Assembly: GCA_964247055.1 (NCBI GenBank)
Contig: OZ176052.1
Coordinates: forward strand, 13,826,001 to 13,890,000
DNA: 64,000 nucleotides
DNA from: Paragordius varius
Taxonomy: Eukaryota; Animalia; Nematomorpha
Direction of reading: 5' to 3'
Part shown: positions 25,001-39,504 of the stretch, in pieces
Position numbering within the stretch: position 1 is the first letter of the stretch
How the letters are laid out: the number at the start of each line of letters is the position of its first letter
The notes under the pieces: model-generated
Database searches by the model: none
The model's input: the letters and a program-made list of their open reading frames with translations, nothing else
Told to the model about the DNA's origin: nothing
Translations under genes and position numbers: made by a program

Positions 25001-28000
25001 ATTTGGGGTGATGATGGAACTACTATAGGGCTACCCAAAAAAAATTATGGCGACATCACCTGATCAAATTTGGATTTTAGGTAGCCATTTTTATTTTTAA
25101 AATCGTATAAAATAAATTTTTTAAATATTTAAAAAATTCATAAAAATTACATTTATAGCCCGATCCCCAAAGTATTCGGGGTGATGATGGAACTACCATA
25201 GGGCTACCCAAAAAAAATTATGGCGACATCACCTGATCAAATTTGGATTTTAGGTAGCCATTTTTATTTTTAAAATCGTTTAAAATAAATTTTTTAAATA
25301 TTTAAAAAATTCATAAAAATTACATTTATACTCCGATCTCGAAAATATTTGGGGTGATGATGGAACTACCATAGAGCTACCCCAAAAAAATTATAGTGAC
25401 ATCACCTGATCAAATTTGGATTTTAGGTAGCCATTTTTATTTTTAAAATCGTATAAAATAAATTTTTTAAATATTTAAAAAATTCATAAAAATTACATTT
25501 ATAGTCCGATCCCCAAAATATTTGGGGTGATGATGGAACTACCATAGGGCTACCCAAAAAAAATTATGGCGACATCACCTGATCAAATTTGGATTTTAGG
25601 TAGCCATTTTTATTTTTAAAATCGTATAAAATAAATTTTTTAAATATTTAAAAAATTCATAAAAATTACATTTATAGTCCGATCCCCAAAATATTTGTAG
25701 TGATGATGGAACTACCATAGGGCTACGCAAATAAAATTATGGTGACATCACCTGATCAAATTTGGATTTTAGGTAGCCATTTTTATTTTTAAAATCGTAT
25801 AAAATAAATTTTTTAAATATTCATAAAAGTTACATTTATAGTCCGATCCCCAAAATATTTGTGGTGATGGAACTACCATAGGTCTACGCAAAAAAAATTA
25901 TGGCGACATCATTTGATCAAATTTGGATTTTAGGTAGCCATTTTTATTTTTAAAATCGTATAAAATAAATTTTTTAAATATTTAAAAAATTCATAAAAAT
26001 TACATTTATACTCCGATCTCGAAAATATTTGGGGTGATTATGGAACTACCATAGGGCTACCCAAAAAAAATTATGGTGACATCACCTGATCAAATTTGGA
26101 TTTTAGGTAGCCATTTTTATTTTTAAAATCGTATAAAATAAATTTTTTAAATATTTAAAAAATTCATAAAAATTACATTTATAGTCCGATCCCCAAAATA
26201 TTTGGGGTGATGATGGAACTACCATAGGGCTACCCAAAAATAATTATGGCGACATCACCTGATCAAATTTGGATTTTAGGTAGCCATTTTTATTTTTAAA
26301 ATCGTATAAAATAAATTTTTTAAATATTTAAAAAATTCATAAAAATTACATTTATAGTCCGATCCCCAAAGTATTTGGGGTGATTATAGTGACATCACCT
26401 GATCAAATTTGGATTTTAGGTAGCCATTTTTATTTTTAAAATCGTATAAAATAAATTTTTTAAATATTTAAAAAATTCATAAAAATTACATTTATAGTCC
26501 GATCCCCAAAGTATTCGGGGTGATGATGGAACTACTATAGGGCTACCCAAAAAAAAATATGGCGACATCACCTGATCAAATTTGGATTTTAGGTAGCCAT
26601 TTTTATTTTTAAAATCGTATAAAATAAATTTTTTAAATATTTAAAAAATTCATAAAAATTACATTTATACTCCGATCTCGAAAATATTTGGGGTGATTAT
26701 GGAACTACCATAGGGCTACCCAAAAAAAATTATGGCGACATCACCTGATCAAATTTGGATTTTAGGTAGCCATTTTTATTTTTAAAATCGTATAAAATAA
26801 ATTTTTTAAATATTTAAAAAATTCATAAAAATTACATTTATTGTCCGATCCCCAAAATATTTGGGGTGATGATGGAACTACCATAGGGCTACCCAAAAAA
26901 ATTATAGTGACATCACCTGATCAAATTTGGATTTTAGGTAGCCATTTTTATTTTTAAAATCGTATAAAATAAATTTTTTAAATAAAAAATTCATAAAAAT
27001 TACATTTATAGTCCGATCCCCAAAATATTTGGGGTGATGATGGAACTACTATAGGGCTACCTAAAAAAATTATGGCGACATCACCTGATCAAATTTGGAT
27101 TTTAGGTAGCCATTTTTATTTTTAAAATCGTGTAAAATAAATTTTTTAAATATTTAAAAAATTCATAAAAATTACATTTATAGTCCGATCCCCAAAATAT
27201 TTGGGGTGATGATGGAACTACTATAGGGCTACCCAAAAAAAATTATGGCGACATCACCTGATCAAATTTGGATTTTAGGTAGCCATTTTTATTTTTAAAA
27301 TCGTATAAAATAAATTTTTTAAATATTTAAAAAATTCATAAAAATTACATTTATAGCCCGATCCCCAAAGTATTCGGGGTGATGATGGAACTACCATAGG
27401 GCTACCCAAAAAAAAATATGGCGACATCACCTGATCAAATTTGGATTTTAGGTAGCCATTTTTATTTTTAAAATCGTTTAAAATAAATTTTTTAAATATT
27501 TAAAAAATTCATAAAAATTACATTTATACTCCGATCTCGAAAATATTTGGGGTGATGATGGAACTACCATAGAGCTACCCCAAAAAAATTATAGTGACAT
27601 CACCTGATCAAATTTGGATTTTAGGTAGCCATTTTTATTTTTAAAATCGTATAAAATAAATTTTTTAAATATTTAAAAAATTCATAAAAATTACATTTAT
27701 AGTCCGATCCCCAAAATATTTGGGGTGATGATGGAACTACCATAGGGCTACCCAAAAAAAATTATGGCGACATCACCTGATCAAATTTGGATTTTAGGTA
27801 GCCATTTTTATTTTTAAAATCGTATAAAATAAATTTTTTAAATATTTAAAAAATTCATAAAAATTACATTTATAGTCCGATCCCCAAAATATTTGTAGTG
27901 ATGATGGAACTACCATAGGGCTACGCAAATAAAATTATGGTGACATCACCTGATTAAATTTGGATTTTAGGTAGCCATTTTTATTTTTAAAATCGTATAA

Positions 28001-28586
28001 AATAAATTTTTTAAATATTCATAAAAATTACATTTATAGTCCGATCCCCAAAATATTTGTGGTGATGATGGAACTACCATAGGTCTACGCAAAAAAAATT
28101 ATGGCGACATCATTTGATCAAATTTGGATTTTAGGTAGCCATTTTTATTTTTAAAATCGTATAAAATAAATTTTTTAAATATTTAAAAAATTCATAAAAA
28201 TTACATTTATACTCCGATCTCGAAAATATTTGGGGTGATTATGGAACTACCATAGGGCTACCCAAAAAAAATTATGGTGACATCACCTGATCAAATTTGG
28301 ATTTTAGGTAGCCATTTTTATTTTTAAAATCGTATAAAATAAATTTTTTAAATATTTAAAAAATTCATAAAAATTACATTTATAGTCCGATCCCCAAAAT
28401 ATTTGGGGTGATGATGGAACTTCCATAGGGCTACCCAAAAATAATTATGGCGACATCACCTGATCAAATTTGGATTTTAGGTAGCCATTTTTATTTTTAA
28501 AATCGTATAAAATAAATTTTTTAAATATTTAAAAAATTCATAAAAATTACATTTATAGTCCGATCCCCAAAGTATTTGGGGTGATG
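24640..28586. repeat. ~10-monomer block (24,640-26,385) repeated at 26,840-28,586 (offset ~2,199-2,201 bp, 13 monomers)
   Basis: Markers: tattgtcc 24643/26842, cgtgtaaa 24931/27129, tagccc, agagct, tgtagtg, tgtggtg and gattat in the same order; aaagtattt 26371/28572. Confidence 0.85.
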
Positions 28587-30002
28587 ATGGAACTACCATA
28601 GGGCTACCCAAAAAAATTATAGTGACATCACCTGATCAAATTTGGATTTTAGGTAGCCATTTTTATTTTTAAAATCGTATAAAATAAATTTTTTAAATAT
28701 TTAAAAAATTCATAAAAATTACATTTATAGTCCGATCCCCAAAATATTTGGGGTGATGATGGAACTACTATAGGGCTACCCAAAAAAAATTATGGCGACA
28801 TCACCTGATCAAATTTGGATTTTATGTAGCCATTTTTATTTTTAAAATCGTATAAAATAAATTTTTTAAATATTTAAAAAATTCATAAAAATTACATTTA
28901 TGGTCCGATCCCCAAAATATTTGGGGTGAGATGGAACTACTATAGGGCTCCCCAAAAAAAATTATGGCGACATCACCTGATCAAATTTGGATTTTAGGTA
29001 GCCATTTTTATTTTTAAAATCGTATAAAATAAATTTTTTAAATATTTAAAAAATTCAAAAAAATTACATTTATACTCCGATCCCCAAAATATTTGGGGTG
29101 ATGATGGAACTACCATATGGCTACCCAAAAAAATTATAGTGACATCACCTGATCAAATTTGGATTTTAGGTAGCCATTTTTATTTTTAAAATCGTATAAA
29201 ATAAATTTTTTAAATATTTAAAAAATTCATAAAAATTACATTTATACTCCGATCTCGAAAATATTTGGGGTGATGATGGAACTACCATAGGGCTACCCAA
29301 AAAAAATTATGGTGACATCACCTGATCAAATTTGGATTTTAGGTAGCCATTTTTATTTTTAAAATCGTATAAAATAAATTTTTTAAATACTTAAAAAATT
29401 CATAAAAATTACATTTATACTCCGATCCCCAAAATATTTGGGGTGATGATGGAACTTCCATAGGGCTACCCAAAAATAATTATGGCGACATCACCTGATC
29501 AAATTTGGATTTTATGTAGCCATTTTTATTTTTGAAATCGTATAAAATAAATTTTTTAAATATTTAAAAAATTCATAAAAATTACATTTATAGTCCGATC
29601 CCCAAAGTATTTGGGGTGATGATGGAACTACCATAGGGCTACCCAAAAAAATTATAGTGACATCACCTGATCAAATTTGGATTTTAGGTAGCCATTTTTA
29701 TTTTTAAAATCGTATAAAATAAATTTTTTAAATATTTAAAAAATTCATAAAAATTACATTTATAGTCCGATCCCCAAAATATTTGGGGTGATGATGGAAC
29801 TACTATAGGGCTACCCAAAAAAAATTATGGCGACATCACCTGATCAAATTTGGATTTTAGGTAGCCATTTTTATTTTTAAAATCGTATAAAATAAATTTT
29901 TTAAATATTTAAAAAATTCATAAAAATTACATTTATGGTCCGATCCCCAAAATATTTGGGGTGATGATGGAACTACTATAGGGCTCCCCAAAAAAAATTA
30001 TG

Positions 30003-33000
30003 GCGACATCACCTGATCAAATTTGGATTTTAGGTAGCCATTTTTATTTTTAAAATCGTATAAAATAAATTTTTTAAATATTTAAAAAATTCAAAAAAAT
30101 TACATTTATACTCCGATCTCGACAATATTTGGGGTGATGATGGAACTACCATAGGGCTACCCAAAAAAAATTATGGTGACATCACCTGATCAAATTTGGA
30201 TTTTAGGTAGCCATTTTTATTTTTAAAATCGTATAAAATAAATTTTTTAAATATTTAAAAAATTCATAAAAATTACATTTATACTCCGATCCCCAAAATA
30301 TTTGGGGTGATGATGGAACTACCATATGGCTACCCAAAAAAATTATAGTGACATCACCTGATCAAATTTGGATTTTAGGTAGCCATTTATATTTTTAAAA
30401 TCGTATAAAATAAATTTTTTAAATATTTAAAAAATTCATAAAAATTACATTTATACTCCGATCTCGAAAATATTTGGGGTGATGATGGAACTACCATAGG
30501 GCTACCCAAAAAAAATTATGGTGACATCACCTGATCAAATTTGGATTTTAGGTAGCCATTTTTATTTTTAAAATCGTATAAAATAAATTTTTTAAATATT
30601 TAAAAAATTCATAAAAATTACATTTATAGTCCGATCCCCAAAATATTTGGGGTGATGATGGAACTACCATAGGGCTACCCAAAAAAAATTATGGCGACAT
30701 CACCTGATCAAATTTGGATTTTAGGTAGCCATTTTTATTTTTAAAATCGTATAAAATAAATTTTTTAAATATTTAAAAAATTCATAAAAATTACATTTAT
30801 AGTCCGATCCCCAAAATATTTGGGGTGATGATGGAACTACCATAGGGCTACCCAAAAAAATTATAGTGACATCACCTGATCAAATTTGGATTTTAGGTAG
30901 CCATTTTTATTTTTAAAATCGTATAAAATAAATTTTTTAAATATTTAAAAAATTCATAAAAATTACATTTATACTCCGATCTCGAAAATATTTGGGGTGA
31001 TGATGGAACTACCATAGGGCTACCCAAAAAAAATTATGGTGACATCACCTGATCAAATTTGGATTTTAGGTAGCCATTTTTATTTTTAAAATCGTATAAA
31101 ATAAATTTTTTAAATATTTAAAAAATTCATAAATATTACATTTATAGTCCGATCCCCAAAATATTTGGGGTGATGATGGAACTACCATAGGGCTACCCAA
31201 AAAAAATTATGGCGACATCACCTGATCAAATTTGGATTTTAGGTAGCCATTTTTATTTTTAAAATCGTATAAAATAAATTTTCTAAATATTTAAAAAATT
31301 CAAAAAAATTACATTTATACTCCGATCTCGACAATATTTGGGGTGATGATGGAACTACCATAGGGCTACCCAAAAAAAATTATGGTGACATCACCTGATC
31401 AAATTTGGATTTTAGGTAGCCATTTTTATTTTTAAAATCGTATAAAATAAATTTTTTAAATATTTAAAAAATTCATAAAAATTACATTTATACTCCGATC
31501 TCAAAAATATTTGGGGTGATGATGGAACTACCATAGGGCTACCCAAAAAAATTATAGTGACATCACCTGATCAAATTTGGATTTTAGGTAGCCATTTTTA
31601 TTTTTAAAATCGTATAAAATAAATTTTTTAAATATTTAAAAAATTCATAAAAATTACATTTATAGTCCGATCCCCAAAATATTTGGGGTGATGATGGAAC
31701 TACCATAGGGCTACGTAAAAAAAATTATAGTGACATCACCTGATCAAATTTGGATTTTAGGTAGCCATTTTTATTTTTAAAATCGTATAAAATAAATTTT
31801 TTAAATATTTAAAAAATTCATAAAAATTACATTTATACTCCGATCTCGAAAATATTTGGGGTGATGATGGAACTACCATAGGGCTACCCAAAACAAATTA
31901 TGGTGACATCACCTGATCAAATTTGGATTTTAGGTAGCCATTTTTATTTTTAAAATCGTATAAAATAAATTTTTTAAATATTTAAAAAATTCAAAAAAAT
32001 TACATTTATACTCCGATCTCGACAATATTTGGGGTGATGATGGAACTACCATAGGGCTACCCAAAAAAAATTATGGTGACATCACCTGATCAAAATTGGA
32101 TTTTAGGTAGCCATTTATATTTTTAAAATCGTATAAAATAAATTTTTTAAATATTTAAAAAATTCATAAAAATTACATTTATACTCCGATCTCGAAAATA
32201 TTTGGGGTGATGATGGAACTACCATAGGGCTACCCAAAACAAATTTTGGTGACATCACCTGATCAAATTTGGATTTTAGGTAGCCATTTTTATTTTTAAA
32301 ATCGTATAAAATAAATTTTTTAAATATTTAAAAAATTCAAAAAAATTACATTTATACTCCGATCTCGACAATATTTGGGGTGATGATGGAACTACCATAG
32401 GGCTACCCAAAAAAAATTATGGTGACATCACCTGATCAAATTTGGATTTTAGGTAGCCATTTTTATTTTTAAAATCGTATAAAATAAATTTTTTAAATAT
32501 TTAAAAATTTCATAAAAATTACATTTATACTCCGATCTCAAAAATATTTGGGGTGATGATGGAACTACCATAGGGCTACCCAAAAAAAATTATGGTGACA
32601 TCACCTGATCAAATTTGGATTTTAGGTAGCCATTTTTATTTTTAAAATCGTATAAAATAAATTTTTTAAATATTTAAAAAATTCATAAAAATTACATTTA
32701 TAGTCCGATCCCCAAAATATTTGGGGTGATGATGGAACTACCATAGGGCTACCCAAAAAAAATTATGGCGACATCACCTGATCAAATTTGGATTTTAGGT
32801 AGCCATTTTTATTTTTAAAATCGTATAAAATAAATTTTTTAAATATTTAAAAAATTCATAAAAATTACATTTATAGTCCGATCCCCAAAATATTTGGGGT
32901 GATGATGGAACTACCATAGGGCTACCCAAAAAAAATTATGGTGACATCACCTGATCAAATTTGGATTTTAGGTAGCCATTTTTATTTTTAAAATCGTATA

Positions 33001-36000
33001 AAATAAATTTTTTAAATATTTAAAAAATTTATAAAAATTACATTTAGAGTCCGATCCCCAAAGTATTCGGGGTGATGATGGAACTACCATAGGGCTACGT
33101 AAAAAAAATTATGGCGACATCACCTGATCAAATTTGGATTTTAGGTAGCCATTTTTATTTTTAAAATCGTATAAAATAAATTTTTTAAATATTTAAAAAA
33201 TTCATAAAAATTACATTTATACTCCGATCTCGAAAATATTTGGGGTGATGATGGAACTACCATAGAACTACCCAAAACAAATTATGGTGACATCACCTGA
33301 TCAAATTTGGATTTTAGGTAGAAATTTTTATTTTTAAAATCGTATAAAATAAATTTTTTAAATATTTAAAAAATTCATAAAAATTACATTTATAGTCCGA
33401 TCCCCAAAATATTTGGGGTGATGATGGAACTACCATAGGGCTACCCAAAAAAATTATAGTGACATCACCTGATCAAATTTGGATTTTAGGTAGCCATTTT
33501 TATTTTTAAAATCGTATAAAATAAATTTTTTAAATATTTAAAAAATTTATAAAAATTACATTTATAGTCCGATCCCCAAAGTATTTGGGGTGATGATGGA
33601 ACTACCATAGGGCTACCCAAAAAAAATTATGGTGACATCACCTGATCAAATTTGGATTTTAGGTAGCCATTTTTATTTTTAAAATCGTATAAAATAAATT
33701 TTTTAAATATTTAAAAAATTCATAAAAATTACATTTATAGTCCGATCCCCAAAGTATTTGGGGTGATGATGGAACTACCATAGGGCTACCCAAAAAAATT
33801 ATCGCGACATCACCTGATCAAATTTGGATTTTAGGTAGCCATTTTTATTTTTAAAATCGTATAAAATAAATTTTTTAAATATTTAAAAAATTCAAAAAAA
33901 TTACATTTATACTCCGATCTCGACAATATTTGGGGTGATGATGGAACTACCATAGGGCTACCCAAAAAAAATTATGGTGACATCACCTGATCAAATTTGG
34001 ATTTTAGGTAGCCATTTTTATTTTTAAAATCGTATAAAATAAATTTTTTAAATATTTAAAAAATTCATAAAAATTACATTTATACTCCGATCCCCAAAAT
34101 ATTTGGGGTGATGATGGAACTACCATATGGCTACCCAAAAAAATTATAGTGACATCACCTGATCAAATTTGGATTTTAGGTAGCCATTTATATTTTTAAA
34201 ATCGTATAAAATAAATTTTTTAAATATTTAAAAAATTCATAAAAATTACATTTATACTCCGATCTCGAAAATATTTGGGGTGATGATGGAACTACCATAG
34301 GGCTACCCAAAAAAAATTATGGTGACATCACCTGATCAAATTTGGATTTTAGGTAGCCATTTTTATTTTTAAAATCGTATAAAATAAATTTTTTAAATAT
34401 TTAAAAAATTCATAAAAATTACATTTATAGTCCGATCCCCAAAATATTTGGGGTGATGATGGAACTACCATAGGGCTACCCAAAAAAAATTATGGCGACA
34501 TCACCTGATCAAATTTGGATTTTAGGTAGCCATTTTTATTTTTAAAATCGTATAAAATAAATTTTTTAAATATTTAAAAAATTCATAAAAATTACATTTA
34601 TAGTCCGATCCCCAAAATATTTGGGGTGATGATGGAACTACCATAGGGCTACCCAAAAAAATTATAGTGACATCACCTGATCAAATTTGGATTTTAGGTA
34701 GCCATTTTTATTTTTAAAATCGTATAAAATAAATTTTTTAAATATTTAAAAAATTCATAAAAATTACATTTATACTCCGATCTCGAAAATATTTGGGGTG
34801 ATGATGGAACTACCATAGGGCTACCCAAAAAAAATTATGGTGACATCACCTGATCAAATTTGGATTTTAGGTAGCCATTTTTATTTTTAAAATCGTATAA
34901 AATAAATTTTTTAAATATTTAAAAAATTCATAAATATTACATTTATAGTCCGATCCCCAAAATATTTGGGGTGATGATGGAACTACCATAGGGCTACCCA
35001 AAAAAAATTATGGCGACATCACCTGATCAAATTTGGATTTTAGGTAGCCATTTTTATTTTTAAAATCGTATAAAATAAATTTTCTAAATATTTAAAAAAT
35101 TCAAAAAAATTACATTTATACTCCGATCTCGACAATATTTGGGGTGATGATGGAACTACCATAGGGCTACCCAAAAAAAATTATGGTGACATCACCTGAT
35201 CAAATTTGGATTTTAGGTAGCCATTTTTATTTTTAAAATCGTATAAAATAAATTTTTTAAATATTTAAAAAATTCATAAAAATTACATTTATACTCCGAT
35301 CTCAAAAATATTTGGGGTGATGATGGAACTACCATAGGGCTACCCAAAAAAATTATAGTGACATCACCTGATCAAATTTGGATTTTAGGTAGCCATTTTT
35401 ATTTTTAAAATCGTATAAAATAAATTTTTTAAATATTTAAAAAATTCATAAAAATTACATTTATAGTCCGATCCCCAAAATATTTGGGGTGATGATGGAA
35501 CTACCATAGGGCTACGTAAAAAAAATTATAGTGACATCACCTGATCAAATTTGGATTTTAGGTAGCCATTTTTATTTTTAAAATCGTATAAAATAAATTT
35601 TTTAAATATTTAAAAAATTCATAAAAATTACATTTATACTCCGATCTCGAAAATATTTGGGGTGATGATGGAACTACCATAGGGCTACCCAAAACAAATT
35701 ATGGTGACATCACCTGATCAAATTTGGATTTTAGGTAGCCATTTTTATTTTTAAAATCGTATAAAATAAATTTTTTAAATATTTAAAAAATTCAAAAAAA
35801 TTACATTTATACTCCGATCTCGACAATATTTGGGGTGATGATGGAACTACCATAGGGCTACCCAAAAAAAATTATGGTGACATCACCTGATCAAAATTGG
35901 ATTTTAGGTAGCCATTTATATTTTTAAAATCGTATAAAATAAATTTTTTAAATATTTAAAAAATTCATAAAAATTACATTTATACTCCGATCTCGAAAAT

Positions 36001-37696
36001 ATTTGGGGTGATGATGGAACTACCATAGGGCTACCCAAAACAAATTTTGGTGACATCACCTGATCAAATTTGGATTTTAGGTAGCCATTTTTATTTTTAA
36101 AATCGTATAAAATAAATTTTTTAAATATTTAAAAAATTCAAAAAAATTACATTTATACTCCGATCTCGACAATATTTGGGGTGATGATGGAACTACCATA
36201 GGGCTACCCAAAAAAAATTATGGTGACATCACCTGATCAAATTTGGATTTTAGGTAGCCATTTTTATTTTTAAAATCGTATAAAATAAATTTTTTAAATA
36301 TTTAAAAAATTCATAAAAATTACATTTATACTCCGATCTCAAAAATATTTGGGGTGATGATGGAACTACCATAGGGCTACCCAAAAAAAATTATGGTGAC
36401 ATCACCTGATCAAATTTGGATTTTAGGTAGCCATTTTTATTTTTAAAATCGTATAAAATAAATTTTTTAAATATTTAAAAAATTCATAAAAATTACATTT
36501 ATAGTCCGATCCCCAAAATATTTGGGGTGATGATGGAACTACCATAGGGCTACCCAAAAAAAATTATGGCGACATCACCTGATCAAATTTGGATTTTAGG
36601 TAGCCATTTTTATTTTTAAAATCGTATAAAATAAATTTTTTAAATATTTAAAAAATTCATAAAAATTACATTTATAGTCCGATCCCCAAAATATTTGGGG
36701 TGATGATGGAACTACCATAGGGCTACCCAAAAAAAATTATGGTGACATCACCTGATCAAATTTGGATTTTAGGTAGCCATTTTTATTTTTAAAATCGTAT
36801 AAAATAAATTTTTTAAATATTTAAAAAATTTATAAAAATTACATTTAGAGTCCGATCCCCAAAGTATTCGGGGTGATGATGGAACTACCATAGGGCTACG
36901 TAAAAAAAATTATGGCGACATCACCTGATCAAATTTGGATTTTAGGTAGCCATTTTTATTTTTAAAATCGTATAAAATAAATTTTTTAAATATTTAAAAA
37001 ATTCATAAAAATTACATTTATACTCCGATCTCGAAAATATTTGGGGTGATGATGGAACTACCATAGAACTACCCAAAACAAATTATGGTGACATCACCTG
37101 ATCAAATTTGGATTTTAGGTAGAAATTTTTATTTTTAAAATCGTATAAAATAAATTTTTTAAATATTTAAAAAATTCATAAAAATTACATTTATAGTCCG
37201 ATCCCCAAAATATTTGGGGTGATGATGGAACTACCATAGGGCTACCCAAAAAAATTATAGTGACATCACCTGATCAAATTTGGATTTTAGGTAGCCATTT
37301 TTATTTTTAAAATCGTATAAAATAAATTTTTTAAATATTTAAAAAATTCATAAAAATTACATTTATAGTCCGATCCCCAAAGTATTTGGGGTGATGATGG
37401 AACTACCATAGGGCTACCCAAAAAAAATTATGGTGACATCACCTGATCAAATTTGGATTTTAGGTAGCCATTTTTATTTTTAAAATCGTATAAAATAAAT
37501 TTTTTAAATATTTAAAAAATTCATAAAAATTACATTTATAGTCCGATCCCCAAAGTATTTGGGGTGATGATGGAACTACCATAGGGCTACCCAAAAAAAA
37601 TTATCGCGACATCACCTGATCAAATTTGGATTTTAGGTAGCCATTTTTATTTTTAAAATCGTATAAAATAAATTTTTTAAATATTTAAAAAATTCA
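30003..37696. repeat. 22-monomer (3,801-bp) tandem duplication nested inside the 10.9-kb block; reappears at 41,552-49,245
   Basis: Markers 3,801 apart: gccattta 30381/34182, ttctaa 31283/35084, gtagaaa 33321/37122. Three differences were noticed between the halves (T32508, T33548, and A7 vs A8 before tcgcgac). Confidence 0.95.
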
Positions 37697-38755
37697 TAAA
37701 AATTACATTTATACTCCGATCTCGAAAATATTTGGGGTGATGATGGAACTACCATAGGGCTACCCAAAAAAATTATAGTGACATCACCTGATCAAATTTG
37801 GATTTTAGGTAGCTATTTTTATTTTTAAAATCGTATAAAATAAATTTTTTAAATAAAAAATTCATAAAAATTACATTTATAGTCCGATCCCCAAAATATT
37901 TGGGGTGATGATGGAACTACTATAGGGCTACCTAAAAAAAATTATGGCGACATCACCTGATCAAATTTGGATTTTAGGTAGCCATTTTTATTTTTAAAAT
38001 CGTATAAAATAAATTTTTTAAATATTTAAAAAATTCATAAAAATTACATTTATAGTCCGATCCCCAAAGTATTTGGGGTGATGATGGAACTACCATAGGG
38101 CTACCCAAAAAAAATTATGGTGACATCACCTGATCAAATTTGGATTTTAGGTAGCCATTTTTATTTTTAAAATCGTATAAAATAAATTTTTTAAATATTT
38201 AAAAAATTCATAAAAATTACATTTATAGTCCGATCCCCAAAGTATTTGGGGTGATGATGGAACTACCATAGGGCTACCCAAAAAAAATTATCGCGACATC
38301 ACCTGATCAAATTTGGATTTTAGGTAGCCATTTTTATTTTTAAAATCGTATAAAATAAATTTTTTAAATATTTAAAAAATTCATAAAAATTACATTTATA
38401 CTCCGATCTCGAAAATATTTGGGGTGATGATGGAACTACCATAGGGCTACCCAAAAAAATTATAGTGACATCACCTGATCAAATTTGGATTTTAGGTAGC
38501 TATTTTTATTTTTAAAATCGTATAAAATAAATTTTTTAAATAAAAAATTCATAAAAATTACATTTATAGTCCGATCCCCAAAATATTTGGGGTGATGATG
38601 GAACTACTATAGGGCTACCTAAAAAAAATTATGGCGACATCACCTGATCAAATTTGGATTTTAGGTAGCCATTTTTATTTTTAAAATCGTATAAAATAAA
38701 TTTTTTAAATATTTAAAAAATTCATAAAAATTACATTTATAGTCCGATCCCCAAA
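37265..38755. repeat. 4-monomer (687-bp) tandem duplication, also present in the second large copy (48,814-50,304)
   Basis: gtagctat 37814/38501 and aaagtattt 37382/38069; 4x173-4-1 = 687. Confidence 0.92.
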
Positions 38756-39504
38756 ATATTTGGGGTGATGATGGAACTACTATAGGGCTACCCAAAAAAA
38801 ATTATGGCGACATCACCTGATCAAATTTGGATTTTAGGTAGCCATTTTTATTTTTAAAATCGTATAAAATAAATTTTTTAAATATTCATAAAAATTACAT
38901 TTATAGTCCGATCCCCAAAATATTTGTGGTGATGATGGAACTACCATAGGTCTACGCAAAAAAAATTATGGCGACATCATTTGATCAAATTTGGATTTTA
39001 GGTAGCCATTTTTATTTTTAAAATCGTATAAAATAAATTTTTTAAATATTTAAAAAATTCATAAAAATTACATTTATACTCCGATCTCGAAAATATTTGG
39101 GGTGATTATGGAACTACCATAGGGCTACCCAAAAAAAATTATGGTGACATCACCTGATCAAATTTGGATTTTATGTAGCCATTTTTATTTTTGAAATCGT
39201 ATAAAATAAATTTTTTAAATATTTAAAAAATTCATAAAAATTACATTTATAGTCCGATCCCCAAAGTATTTGGGGTGATGATGGAACTACCATAGGGCTA
39301 CCCAAAAAAATTATAGTGACATCACCTGATCAAATTTGGATTTTAGGTAGCCATTTTTATTTTTAAAATCGTATAAAATAAATTTTTTAAATATTTAAAA
39401 AATTCATAAAAATTACATTTATAGTCCGATCCCCAAAATATTTGGGGTGATGATGGAACTACTATAGGGCTACCCAAAAAAAATTATGGCGACATCACCT
39501 GATC

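Larger units (their letters stand above)
27956..38887. repeat. Copy 1 of a near-identical ~10.9-kb segmental duplication (partner 39,505-50,436; constant offset 11,549 bp)
   Basis: Offset 11,549 at every marker checked: tgtggtg 28052/39601, gattat 28232/39781, cttcc 28421/39970, gtgagat 28930/40479, ttctaa 31283/42832 and 35084/46633, gtagaaa 33321/44870 and 37122/48671, gtagctat 37814/49363 and 38501/50050. One substitution was noticed (C29390 vs T40939). Confidence 0.95.

Noticed and set aside
26381-26392. 32-bp deletion mediated by a 5-bp 'attat' microhomology created by the gattat variant
   Set aside because: The intact twin at 28561-28630 has gatgat, not gattat, so only a 2-bp 'at' homology is supported.
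33804-33895. Duplication breakpoints apparently clustering near the AT palindrome
   Set aside because: That half of the monomer lacks diagnostic sites, so breakpoints default to it. The clustering is uninformative.
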